From the NCBI GenBank assembly GCA_951406725.2, contig OX597827.1, positions 62,868,001 through 62,932,000 on the forward strand: DNA of 64,000 nucleotides, given 5' to 3'. Origin of the DNA: Octopus vulgaris (lineage: Eukaryota). Position 1 is the first letter of the stretch; each line of letters starts with the position of its first letter. The translations under genes and the position numbers were made by a program. The notes beneath the pieces were generated by a model. That model made no database searches. It was not told where the DNA came from and saw only the letters and a list, made by a program, of their open reading frames with translations. Positions 27,128 to 39,730 of the stretch are shown piece after piece.

Positions 27128-27605
27128 TGGAGGCGCAATGGCTCAGTGGTTAGGGCAGAAGACTCGCGATCGTAAGAACGCGGTTTCGATTCCTAGACCG
27201 GACATTGTGAGAGTTTATTGTGCAAAATCACTTAAGCTCTACGAGGCTCCGACCGGGGTTGTGGTGAACCCCGATGTACTCTTTCACCATAACTTTCTCT
27301 CACTCTTTCTTTCTACTTCTGCCAAAAAGCAGAAGAACCCTGGTATAACCCACTATGGTGTGGTAAACTTTCAGACCCTAGTCTAGATTGCGAATCCTCT
27401 GTACCCCAGGATGGTTCAGCTCTCCACCCGTTAAAAGCCACTGTTTACGGAATGTGGATAACAACGTAGCTTTCGCGCCCGTGCAACTGCCAGTCTATCG
27501 TGTGTGGTGGGTGGACCTACAAGTTGCCACACGCATTCTTAGCAGCTTAGAGTAGGCTCGAATTAGAGATTATTCTTTGTGGCTAATGGCGTGAATCCTG
27601 ATTGG
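27128..27605 (+). mobile_element. tRNA-derived SINE family C head plus an extra GC-richer body ending in (GAA)n
   Basis: GGAGGCGCAATGGCTCAGTGGTTAGGGCAG...GGTTTCGATTCC; the head is shared with 33464-33715 and 41750-41847. Confidence 0.7.
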
Positions 27606-27689
27606 AAGAAGAAGAAGAAGAAGAAGAAGAAGAAGAAGAAGAAGAAGAAGAAGAAGAAGAAGAAGAAGAAGAAGAAGAAGAAGAAGAAG
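27606..27689. repeat. (GAA)n microsatellite
   Basis: Pure run. Confidence 0.97.
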
Positions 27690-28461
27690 GAAAAGCTGAA
27701 GAAGACAACAGACTGAATCACCGTTACAAAATAACATCATAGAGCATGATCATATATCTAAATATATAGACCTATAAACAACATTAAATCTCGAAAAAAA
27801 AACCCCGGTCTACGGGGCAAAATGAGTTTTTGTCTTCAAGTGAGTACGACAATGAAGGGCATAAGATCCTTTAGCAGAACTGCTTTGGCACCGCCTATTT
27901 AACACTGTTGATAAGACACTGCCTTATGTGTCATCAGACCTCTCAATGCTTCTCTCTTCCCCTATCTGTCTGTCTTTTTCTCTCACTTTCTCTCTCTGTC
28001 TCGCCAGATCTCTCTCTTTCTATATTTCTCTAGTCCCCATTTCCCCGTGTATACTCCTGTGTGTTAACACGTATATCTGTGTAACTCCGCTGCCAAAACA
28101 TGCTGTAGCTCAAACTGTCTAAATGTCCATTGAACTGAGCCAAGTCTTCAACGTCGAAACAGCTGAATTTAATTGTCTAACTTCGGAGAATGTGTGTCTG
28201 AGGAAAGAAACAGATTAATAGAAGTAGTACTTCTGAAGATTAAATAACAAATCCAGCATCATAGGATTATCATATCTAATAGGAAACATATGTTTACGCG
28301 CAGTTCTATATTTAAGAGATGAGGAATTATGCACATGATTTACATTATTTACATTGGTTAGATATGCCCGCGGGCATATGGCGTAGTGGTTAAGAGCGCG
28401 GGCTACTAAACCCAAGATTCAGAGTTCGATTCCAAGCAGTGACATGAATAATAATAATAAT

Positions 28462-28720
28462 GATGACAAGCATATATTAATTCTTTATATTATTCCTGGT
28501 TCCATTTAGTTCTTTTACTTTTTTGATTTTCTAGTCGTTGTGGTGGGGAACTTTGGGGGCTTAATTTGGGACAAATCCCGTTTAAGTGACCTTCCAGATT
28601 CGTATTCGAGGAAGATGTTCTGCCATCTGAAAATTTTTCGCCATCAGGCTGGCAGCTTCCTAAATGACCATTGGACAAGCGATTCGGTGTACTGTTTGAA
28701 ATTTTCTTTTCAAGTAAAAT
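28462..28720 (-). pseudogene. Probable Dong/R4 ORF N-terminal fragment inserted in the element's (AAT)n linker
   Basis: ...QKSKRTKWNQE*YKELIYAC resembles the RxKWxxEExxE motif near R4/Dong ORF N-termini (recalled, not aligned). Confidence 0.45.
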
Positions 28721-28822
28721 AAATTTATTAGTAAGTTTTCATATAAAAAAAGTTTAACCACTAATATTCATACATCGAAAAATACCTTAGGAATGAGAAC
28801 CCAGGTTCGAAATTTCCCCCAA

Positions 28823-28868
28823 GACACGTGATGAAGGCTAGAGGGTATATTAGCCGAAACATTGTGTT
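28823..28868 (+). ncRNA. Type I minimal hammerhead motif (copy 2)
   Basis: GACAC-GTGATGA-A-GGCTA[gagggtatat]TAGCC-GAAAC-ATT-GTGTT. Perfect 5 bp stem II; core C>G and GTT>ATT changes. Confidence 0.6.
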
Positions 28869-29318
28869 AAAAAACATACAAGATGAGGACAAATATCCAT
28901 CGAATGTAAATAATGTAAATGTTTACACATTTTCAAAATCCTAAAAATAATGCGTCGAGATTCTCATATGAACATTCTTAGCTCTCAGAAATAGCAGTCA
29001 AATCGGATATGGCATCCAATCTTAAACTATTAAATTGAAGTGGATAATTAATTGCAGATATCTACAAACTAAAGGTAATGGCGTGAGAGTAAAAATGTGA
29101 CTATTTTGCGCCAGAATTAATTTCACATCCATCGTTTCAACGAGAATAAATGAAATACAAGGTAAAATATATCATCAGGTGCAATAATATATACATATGA
29201 GTGTCTGTGTCTCAGTATTTATATATATGTGTGCGCGTGATTATTTACACATATATATATACTTATATGTGTGTATATATATATGTTTATATGTATGCAT
29301 ATATGTACCTATATTTCA

Positions 29319-29361
<43 letters not shown>

Positions 29362-29538
29362 TGGGTGTATATATATTTACATATATGCATTATGTAAGTA
29401 CGGATAATGACCTTTCATCACATCGTACACATACATAGACACACTTACATAAACACACAGACACATATATATGTTTATGTGTATATATACTTATTTATAC
29501 ATACATAAATATATGCATGCATACATACATACATATAT

Positions 29539-29618
<80 letters not shown>

Positions 29619-30008
29619 ATGTATACACACATTTATCTATGTTCTTTAGCATCCCTCAGACGCCGAGCTGAAGCTGTAGAAATACTACAGACAATCTGTT
29701 ATAAATCATAATATAAAAACATATAAAAATTAAAACTTAAGGAAATAAAAATACAGAAAAGAAACCCCCCAAAAGAATAGCTTAGTGAAATAAAATGAAG
29801 AATTTATGTGTAAATGATTTAACTAATTTACCATATAAGGGAGGTCTAGTATTGATTTCTCTGCGTAGAATGAAATAATAGGAATTTCTATTGAGACCAC
29901 AAGAATAGGAAGATGAATAGAAATGACGAATGAAAGAAATAAAGGCAGAAATAAAGAAATCAAGATAGTCGGGAGACGACGTTTCATTCAACGCGACACA
30001 GACGTGTA

Positions 30009-30065
<57 letters not shown>

Positions 30066-30142
30066 ACTGAATAGAAATGGCTTTTCTAATTTTTCTGCTG
30101 TAATCATTAGATGTTTATAAGTTATTAGGTGTTTACAAAAGG

Positions 30143-30185
<43 letters not shown>

Positions 30186-30202
30186 CATATATATTTATAT
30201 AG

Positions 30203-30233
<31 letters not shown>

Positions 30234-30242
30234 TGTATATAG

Positions 30243-30281
<39 letters not shown>

Positions 30282-30390
30282 TATGGATACATACATATAT
30301 ATATATGTGTATATATATATATATATATACATATATATTTACATATATATATATATACATATATGTATATATATACAAACATATATATAT

Positions 30391-30434
<44 letters not shown>

Positions 30435-30491
30435 GTATATATATATAGGTGAATATGTATGGCAACGCGAGTGTAAATACTTATATATACG

Positions 30492-30538
<47 letters not shown>

Positions 30539-31183
30539 TTGTGTGTGCGTGTGTGTGTGTAACTATATATCCACAAATATGTATGTGTGTGTTTTGTAAA
30601 GGGGAAACAGCCTATTTAGCAAACAGTAAATAATTGCAAAAAGAGCGGAATATAGTCATAATGGTCCACATTTATATTACATTATTACGAAGATAATACG
30701 TTAATGTTAGATCCTGTTCCTGCAAGACAATAATTATTACTATATCAATTTATAAACATAACCGTATACAAGACTATTCCTAATAAAAGCCACTTAATTT
30801 TTCAATAAGAAATATATTTATGTATCCTAACTCTATCCTAATGCATTTATGAATACTAACGCAGACATATTTATTTATAAATTTTAGAGAGTGAGCTTAA
30901 ATTGTATTGTATGATATCTCTTTACTTTTATTTCTTACATGCTAATTTTTTAAACGGTGACATACATTTTGTTTTCGCTTAAAATTGCTCTTTAAACTTA
31001 TAAAATATCAATGTATAAATTTCATGATGTTTTCAGTGAAAAAAAAAATATTGATGCTTGAATGAAAAGGCTGAGATTCTAAAGCAAGTCCCTGTTTTAA
31101 TATTTACCAACAATTCATCATCATTATTATATATTCATTAAAAAAATTATCCACGATTGTTTACGGGATTATAAACATGTTTT

Positions 31184-31344
<161 letters not shown>

Positions 31345-31381
31345 ATTAATATAAGCCCGTGTTATGTATATATATGAATGT

Positions 31382-31439
<58 letters not shown>

Positions 31440-31448
<9 letters not shown>

Positions 31449-31645
31449 GTATTTGTCCCCCATCATCGCTTCACAACCCATGTTGGTGTTTTCAATTCAC
31501 CGTAACTTAACAGTTCGGCAAAAAGAGGACGATAGAATAAGTACTAGGCTTACAAAGAATACGTGCAGAGGTCGTTTTCTCCGACTAAAGGTAATGCTCC
31601 AGCACGGCCGCAGTCAAATGATTGAAACAAGTAAAAGATAAGAAT
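31440..31645 (+). mobile_element. SINE family A 3' half
   Basis: GTTCGGCAAAAAGAGGACGATAGAATAAGTACTAGGCTTACAAAG...GCTCCAGCACGGCCGCAGTCAAATG. Confidence 0.8.
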
Positions 31646-32320
31646 GAAAGAATAAAGTTCCTTATCCGAATAAAACAAATATGAAGAATCACATAAAATA
31701 TATATTTAGATAATAAATCAACAATATTACCATAAGAATTTTGTAATAACAATACGTAAGTTATAGGTAGGTTTCCACATACCCAGATAAATAATAATAT
31801 ATATTTACCCAATTTAATATAGACAACCTCGGTGACTCCGCCAATAAGCTTCTATCTTTACGCCGCAATAGTAATAGACGTTTGATTTTTGTTTTAAGAC
31901 TTCACATAATCCCTCTCTACTAAAACTTCTATAAACATACATATAAAATGCGCAGCAGAAATTACTCTTTTTCATTAACGATAGAATATAGATTAAAATC
32001 AAAATCGCAATTGCCTTTGATGTAAAGATAGGAGCCAGAGATTCGCGGAAGATCCAGTAATATGTGCAGTTCACTGTTTCATCTAACGTTAAGTGAGATG
32101 ATACTATTTATAGAGAAATGGCCGCAAAACAGTTCCAGAAAGAATTCTAACCAGACAATTAAATATACTTTCAGAAGATGCAAATAATGCTAGACACAAA
32201 ATTAGCGACATACCTGCTTATGCATACATACATAATACATATATACATACTTACACACACACACACACATATACATATACATACATCTATATACATCTAC
32301 ATACATACTTACATAAAGTC

Positions 32321-33464
32321 CGTTCCCTTGTTTTTATGTTTTCGTTTCTCGTTGAGTTCTACGTCTATTGTGGTGTCCTGTACTCACATATATATATTTA
32401 TATATGCATGTATATATACATGTAGATGTAGGTACGTACATATATGTATGTATGTATGCATATATTTTATTTATTACATTATTGTATGACTGAGCGCCCT
32501 CGCGTCGTTTCGTTTCGTTTCTTTCCTTTCTCCCAGTATGCTTTTATATATAATTATGACGCGAAACTCTGTAACCCTTTGCTTGACCTTTCCTTCCTTC
32601 CTGTCTGTCTCTCCCCTTATATTTCCCCCTTTCTGGTTTCCTTACCTCTCTATCTCTCTCTCTCTCACTCCTCCTCATCTCCCTCACGGCTGAGTCGACC
32701 TTACTTCCTTTTCACTCCAGCCTGCTACAAGTCAAGACGACTTATTTCCTGCGCTCTGAATTTTTTTCCTCGTCTAGGCTAAAAAAGGCCCTCAATGTTT
32801 TTTTTTTTGTCCTGTTTTTATTCTTTATGTGTACTGTATTTTTTTATATTTGTATTTTTATTTTGTATTCGTATTTTTATTTGTATTGCTTTTACGTCCT
32901 ATTTTTGTCACATTTTTTTCTTTCCTTGTTTTTACCCCTCTGCAAGGGAATTTTATTTAATTCCCTCGCAGGAAGGATCGGTCCGACGAGCGTGTCCTGT
33001 CCTTACCTTCGAAACACGCATGGAGTAGAACCGGGGACAGCTGATGAAGGGGAATGTTCCTTGTGTTGTTTGTCCTGTGTTCTGTTTTTTCGTTGTTAAA
33101 AACGTTCCCTTGTTTTTATATTTTCGTTTCCCGTTGAGTTCTACGTCTATTGTGATGTCCTGTACTCACATATATATATTTATATTTGCATGTATATATA
33201 CACGTAGATGTAGGTACGTACATATATGTATGTATGTATGCATATATTTTATTTATTACATTATTGTATATATATATAAGCATACTGGGAGAAAGGAAAG
33301 AAACGAAACGAAACGACGCGAGGGCGCTCAGTCATACAATAATGTAATAAATAAAATATATGCATACATACATACATATATGTACGTACCTACATCTACG
33401 TGTATATATACATGCAAATATAAATATATATATATGTGAGTACAGGACATCACAATAGACGTAG
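32321..33464. mobile_element. Non-coding element with direct plus inverted terminal duplications (Penelope-like architecture)
   Basis: 32321-32487 is directly repeated at 33103-33269, and 33278-33464 is the reverse complement of 32359-32543. Homologous element on - strand at ~58560-59325. Confidence 0.75.
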
Positions 33465-33715
33465 GGAGGAGGCGCAATGGCCCAGTGGTTAGGGCAGCGG
33501 ACTCGCGGTTTCGATTCCCAGATTCTGAGTGTTTATTGAGCGAAAACACCTAAAAGCTCCACGAGCCTCCGGCAGCGGTCGGTGACAATCCCTGCTGTAC
33601 ACTTTCGCCACAAATTTCTCTAACTCTTTTTTTCTGTAGATCTTGCTTGCTTAGCCAGCGGGGTGGCGTCATTTGAAGGCTAATATAATGCGAAGTGCAT
33701 TGTGACCAGCGATCA
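33464..33715 (+). mobile_element. tRNA-derived SINE family C
   Basis: GGAGGCGCAATGGCCCAGTGGTTAGGGCAGCGGACTCGCGGTTTCGATTCC...GTGTTTATTGAGCGAAAACACCTAAAAGCTCCACGAG. Confidence 0.8.
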
Positions 33716-34693
33716 AGTGAGAAAGAAAAAAAAGTCAGAATTACAACTATTAGTGGTTTGGAGTTTGGCTGCTCCTTCTAGTGAGTCGGATGTCCTATTA
33801 TGGCCATCCCTTATATGTTTGAATATATATATATATATATGTATATATATTTATACACACACGCACACACACATATACATATGTATGTATATATATATAT
33901 TCATACACACACATGCAAACACATACACAATACACACACACATATATATATACGCATACATGTATGTATGTATATGTGTGTGTGCATGTGTGAGCGAGTG
34001 CATTCCAAGATTTACAATATGACTTGGTTTATGAATACACATGTATTAGTTTCATGTACATTTATTCCGTTAAAAAAAAATATTTCACCTTGGAGTTATT
34101 GCTTATTAATATCCTCCATTTCTTTAAAATAGCAAAATAACTTATTTATATTTATATCAGATCGAACGATCACGCTTAAACTCCGTCGTCAGCCCGACTT
34201 AATTTAGATACCGAAATTTACATGACTTCCGATGTAATCCGGTCGGCGTTTCTCAGTATTCAACTTCATCCCTTGTTCACTTTTGATTTCACTTTGTAAA
34301 ACACTTTCCATATATAACACTATATTAGCAGCGCCTTCTTCATTTATATAGTATCATTATTGAGCTAAATGTAAACATATAAATGCTTAGTGTGTAATTT
34401 TGAGTTGCTCTCTAAAACTCAAAGGAACACAGTTGTCATAAGTTGTCTCCGATGGATTCCAGCCAGGTTTGACTATGTGTTACTTCCCTTCCAATTCAAC
34501 ATAAGTATCACTGTGTAGCAATTAAAGTAGATGAACTAATCAATTTTCTCTGCACAATAAACAATAACATTTCTAAAATTTATAGATCGTAATAACTACG
34601 ATTATGTAACTAAAGAGTATGTTTTTGAATTCGCTTGAATTACTACAATACTTGGAATAACATGTATGAAATGTCACTCTGTGTGTGTATGTA

Positions 34694-35258
34694 TTGGGTT
34701 GTCCGGAAAGTTCGTGCCGATTTATAGTAGCTTACATGTTGACTTATTTTAGAACATTGTTGAGTCCATAAAATATGATTTCACTACACCTCCATTTAGA
34801 GCACAGTTTACGCTATCTTTTCATGGAAGAAGATTTATCTTCCTATAACCTGTGTTAATTCTGTAACCCTTTAAAATGGAAGATAAGACAGTTCATTTTC
34901 GGCACTTGATGCTTTGGGAAGCAGACAAAAATTGCTGCAGCTCGGCGGGGATGTGTTACCCCACCCTCCATATTCACCAGATATTGCTCCTTCGGTTTTC
35001 CACTTATTCAGATCTTTGCAGAATAGTCTTAATGATAAAAATTTCAATACCTTCGAGGACATAAAAAGATACCTTGATGAATTCTTTGCCATGAAACCCC
35101 CTCAATTCTGGGAAGAGGGTATTTTCAAGTTAAAGGAAAGATTGAGACGCATTGTGCAACAAAATGGTTCATATTTGGTTGATTAAAATGTAATGGCAAG
35201 TTTTTATTAACCTTTCTCTTTCCTTTAAAAATCGGCACGAACTTTCCGGACAACCCAA
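34694..35258 (+). mobile_element. Internally deleted mariner (Tc1/mariner) transposon, 565 bp, perfect ~30 bp TIRs, TA target duplication
   Basis: TA|TTGGGTTGTCCGGAAAGTTCGTGCCGATTT ... AAATCGGCACGAACTTTCCGGACAACCCAA|TA. N-terminal MEDKTVHFRHLML is joined to C-terminal LPHPPYSPDIAPSVFHLFRSLQNSL...FWEEGI.KL..R......NG.Y. Confidence 0.96.
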
Positions 35259-35928
35259 TATATATATATATGTATTATTTATGTATGTATGTGTATATAT
35301 GTTTGTTGCACGCAAGAGAAACAGTATCTAATTCAAATCGCTGTAATGTATCATACCCAGTGCAAACACATCGTTGAATAGCAAATTTACTACAGTATTT
35401 ATCGGTAGATGATATCTCTTCTGGATGCACAGCATTTAAAAATACAATATATATATATCAGAGAGAAACGAAAATCGTCCCGGTAGCGATCAGCGGGTAT
35501 GCTAGATTCATTTCAACCTCACTGCGACTTATCAATGGTATTTACTTAAAGCTCACCTCATACTTAGATGGATCTTGTCGCCTTTGGTAATAAAGGAAAC
35601 TGTGAAACGCATTCACTGGTACTGCAAAGCGCCACTCGGCTTTTAAACATCCGTTATATGCAGTAGAAGAAGTTTAAATTAAAATAACCATCTGCGTGTC
35701 ATACTTCATCTACAACTGTTTATGAAAAAAAAAAAAAGCTTACTGCAGTATTCCTTATGGACGTGGTTTGCTGTGTTTCTAAATGCAATATATATCGGAG
35801 TGGGACCAAAATAATCCCAGCAACTCAAGCGAAGACACCAGATGCATGCGGGCCTTCTCAATATGTGTGTGTGTGTATGTATCATTATGTGTGTATCTCC
35901 TTATAAAAATTTATATATATTATATACA

Positions 35929-35991
<63 letters not shown>

Positions 35992-36280
35992 ATATTTCGG
36001 AATGGTCATATTGCCAGTTTAGCCAATAAATCTTGCACAACAAATATTTAAACGTATATATATATATATATATATATATATAGGAATGCATGAATGTATT
36101 TTTATATGTGTATATATTTATGTATGTGTATGAATGCGCGCGTGGGCACAGACATGGCCATATTGGTAGCACTATCTGATCTAGTTCAGTTCTGCTGGCT
36201 GTCTTTTAATATTACCGATAAACGATTTGTCAGTGAAATTTAGGTTTGGAAGTTGAAGAAGTCTGTGTGTGTGTGTGTAA

Positions 36281-36535
36281 AGGCGCCTGGCTTAGCCGTA
36301 AGCTCGTGAGTTCAATTTCCGTCAACGCGTTGCGTCCTTGAGTAAGACATTTTATTTCACGTTGCTCCAGTCCACTCAACTGGCTAAAGTGAGTTGTACC
36401 TGTATTCCAAAGGACCGTCTTTATCCCACTCTGTGCCACGCTGAATCTCCCCGAGAACTACTTTAATTGTACACGTGTTTGTAGAGTGCTCAGTCACTTG
36501 CACGTTAATTTCACGAGCAGGCTGTTCCGTTGATT
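36281..36535 (+). mobile_element. tRNA-derived SINE family D (CORE-like middle)
   Basis: GAGTTCAATTTCC...GTCCTTGAGTAAGACATTTTATTTCACGTTGCTCCAGTCCACTCAACTGG...GAATCTCCCCGAGAACTAC; second copy at ~38750-38990. Confidence 0.8.
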
Positions 36536-37254
36536 ATAAGGAAAAGACTAGTATCCGAAATGCTTTAAAATCCTTATAAGCACTTTCTAGTAACACCAAA
36601 CGGTACGAACGGTGGAGTTCAAAACACTGGAATCTTACTACATATTGCAGGAATGTTCTATAAATGCGCGATCACTTATTTTGGTAGCCATGTCTCTTTT
36701 TAAAGTATTTCCACCTTTGTCTTGTCGGATTTGCCATTGTTGTTTTTGATGGTGTTGTAATTTTTGTCAGTAATGATGTTGCTATTACTTAGCTCTAGAA
36801 CAGCCCTGATAGAGAAGATCTCTGATAAAGTCAAACTACATTGTTATCAACGCTATGGGTTTTTTTTTTCGCCTCTTCACTTAAACTCAGCTCTTATTAG
36901 AATTTAAACGATTGCTAATCTAACTTTTTGAACCACATCAAAGCATATATAAAATAAATAAATAAATGAATAAGTGAAAAAAAAAGAAGATCATCATAGC
37001 CTTTAAGCTGTTGCGCAGTTTTATCTTCTTAGAATCAACTCTGTACATTATCTTTCCTAGATCGTACATGAACAACATGAAGGGATAAGATATACTGAAC
37101 ACCTTTTCGTATTTTAGCGAAACCTTGTGCCTATGGGTACAACAGTCACTTCTCAACCGATGGCGTCCGGGTTCAATTTCCACTGAAAGATACATTGATC
37201 AATTATCTTTCACTAAACTGTAGAATTGAGAGTATTTGATATATGCATAGGGTC

Positions 37255-37625
37255 ATGTGTAGCTGTGTGGTAAGAAGCTTGCTTCCCGACCACAATGTTC
37301 CGGGTTCAGTCCTACTGCGTAAGACCTTGGGCAAGTGTTTTCTACTATGGCCTCGGGTCGATTAAAGCCTTGTAAATGGATTTGGTAGACGGCCGTCGTA
37401 TACTCGGACATATGTATGTGTGTGTGTGTGTGTGTGTGTGTTCGTCCTCCACCACCGCTTGACAACCGTTGTTGGTGTGTTTATGTTCCCGTAGTTTAGC
37501 AGTTCGGCAAAGGAAGCCGATAGGATAAGTACCAGGTTTAGGTACTGGGGTCAATTCATTCGACTAAAATGCCCCAGCATCGCCTCAGTTTAATAACTGA
37601 AACAAATAAGAGATAAAAGATAAAA
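37255..37625 (+). mobile_element. SINE family A, near full length
   Basis: GCTGTGTGGTAAGAAGCTTGCTTCC...GGGTTCAGTCC...(TG)n...GTTCGGCAAAGG... Confidence 0.85.
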
Positions 37626-37667
37626 TATACATACACACACACGCACACACATGTACATATATATCTT

Positions 37668-37878
37668 ACGCTTACTCTTACTCTTGTTTCAGTCATTTGA
37701 CTGTGTCCATGCTGGAGCACGGCCTTTAGTCGAAGAAATCGACCCGAAGACTTATTTTTTGTAAGCCTAGTACTTATTCTATCGGTCTCTTTTGCCGAAC
37801 CGCTAAGTTATGGGAACGTAAACACACCAGCATCGTTTGTCAGGCGATGTTGGGGGACAAACACAGACACACAAACAT

Positions 37879-37962
<84 letters not shown>

Positions 37963-37998
37963 GTGTATACATGTACATATATATATATATATATATAT

Positions 37999-38035
<37 letters not shown>

Positions 38036-38650
38036 CATACATATATATATATATATATATATCTCTCTATATAAACGGCAGTTTGTCTGTGCGTGTTTCT
38101 GTGTATCTGTTTTCTCGTACCCTCACTCTGACCACGGCTTTCAACCGATTCTGATGAAACTTGACACACACATAGCCCAATGTCATAATTCAAAACTAAC
38201 GCAGCGAAAATTTTGAAAAGTTCCCCCAGTTCTGAAAAAAATCGATAAATTCGACGTGGGGTCGAGAATTAGAAACCCAAACCAGAGACCGTCTAGGGGA
38301 CGCAACTCTACCTTTTTTAACTCTCAAAAAAAATTTACCATCATTTGTTTTCCATTTTTTTGCTATTTTTTGGCTATAACTCTCTAAAAATGCTTTATAG
38401 TTATTTCCCTTACAAACCTGAGCAACGCCGGGCGATACTGCTAGTATATATATATATATATATATATATACGCATATATACGACGGGCTTCTTTCAGTTT
38501 CCTTGTACCAAATCCACTCACAAGGCTTTGGTCGTTCCGAGGCTATAGTAGAAGACACTTGCTCAAGGTGCCACGCAGTGGGACTGAACCCACAGTGGGA
38601 CTATGTGGTTCGTAAGCAAGCTACTTACAACACAGTCACTCCTACGCCTA
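37668..38650 (-). mobile_element. SINE family A copy whose internal microsatellite hosts a Helitron
   Basis: 3' body at 37668-37870 and head at ~38480-38650, both on - strand, separated by (TA)n and the Helitron at 38062-38444. Confidence 0.8.
38062..38444 (+). mobile_element. Non-autonomous Helitron (family H1)
   Basis: A|TC 5' end, subterminal hairpin CCTGAGCAACGCCGGG, CTAG|T 3' end, no TSD. Confidence 0.85.
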
Positions 38651-38749
38651 TGCGTACACATACATTCATACGTACATACATGCCTACGCACATACAATAT
38701 ACACACACATCTATATATACATACATGATGAATGAGCGAAAATATAAGA

Positions 38750-38990
38750 AAGTACAAGGCATTTTATTTCACCTTGCTCCAGTCCATCAACTGGCAGAAG
38801 TGAGTAGTACCTGTAATTCAATGGGGCAGCTTTGTCACATCCTGTGTCAAGCTGAATCTCCCTGAGAACTACATTAAGGGTACACGTGTCAGTGGAGTGC
38901 TCAAAAACTTGTACGTTAATTTCACAACGAGGCTCTGTCGTTGATCGGATCAACTGGAACCCTTATCATTGTACTCAATTGAGTGCCAGT
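38750..38990 (+). mobile_element. SINE family D 3' part
   Basis: CATTTTATTTCACCTTGCTCCAGTCCA...GCTGAATCTCCCTGAGAACTAC...GGAGTGCTC...GAGTGCCA. Confidence 0.75.
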
Positions 38991-39109
38991 ATTAAGTATC
39001 TATACAAACCCTTTGAATTCAGAATTCAATCTCCGATCATGTTCAGCTTACCTTTGTTGCTGTGACCAACTCACGATCGTAATCCCGTAAGTTTAATTCC
39101 AAGTAGCGC

Positions 39110-39730
39110 ATCGTCTCCTTAAGCCAGACACTTTATTTCACAATGTGTTCTTGAGCAAGACCGCATTATTTTACGTGTCTATGGAGTGCTCATTCACTTG
39201 CAAGTTCATCTTACGAGCTGGTTGTTCGGTTGATCGGGTCAACTCGAACCCTCTTCTTCGTAACCGACGGAGTGCCAGCCGACTTTTAAAATATACACGA
39301 CGATGTATTAGATGTTAATTTTACGTCGAGACCATTCCTCGTGCTAGAAACCTTCAATAGTTTACAGACGTTCATTTTCATTTAATGCAGTAACCGCTTT
39401 ATAACGAAACACTAAAATTACAATAATCAGTCTCTTTGTGCAAGACACTTTATTCCACATTTTGTCCTTGTGTAAGGCACTTTATTTCACGTGTCTGTCG
39501 AGTGCTCATTCACTCGCATGCTAATTTTCCGAGCTAGTTATTCCCTTGGTCGGACCAATTGGAACCCTCTTCTTCGTAACCGACGGAATGCCAGTCGATT
39601 TTAAAAATATACACGACGATCATTACGTCGAAACCATTCCGTGTACTAGATTTCTGAAATAGTTTACAGACATCCATCTTCATTTATGTCAGTAACTGCT
39701 TCAGAACGAAACACCAAATTACAATAATCT
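39110..39730 (+). repeat. Diverged ~310 bp tandem duplication (SINE D tail plus flanking sequence)
   Basis: GAACCCTCTTCTTCGTAACCGACGGA..GCCAG..AAATATACACGACGAT...AATAGTTTACAGAC...AACGAAACAC..AATTACAATAATC occurs twice. Confidence 0.85.

Larger units (their letters stand above)
28301..28920 (+). mobile_element. tRNA-headed hammerhead SINE-like element (copy 2) with inverted tail copy at its 5' end, interrupted by a Dong fragment
   Basis: Inverted tail 28301-28355; palindrome ATATGCCCG|CGGGCATAT; A box TGGCGTAGTGG; B box GAGTTCGATTCC; TGA(ATA)n linker; body 28773-28920 homologous to 56-195. Confidence 0.75.

Noticed and set aside
28372-28440. Functional tRNA gene
   Set aside because: It has A/B boxes but no complete acceptor stem and is joined to a repeat body, so it is treated as a SINE head. 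The same applies to 27128, 33464 and 41750.
34170-34275. CTGACGA and GAAAC motifs on the - strand
   Set aside because: Order and pairing do not give a hammerhead fold.
34914-35186. Functional or domesticated mariner transposase
   Set aside because: Most of the ORF is deleted and the third catalytic Asp position reads V (YSPDIAPSV).
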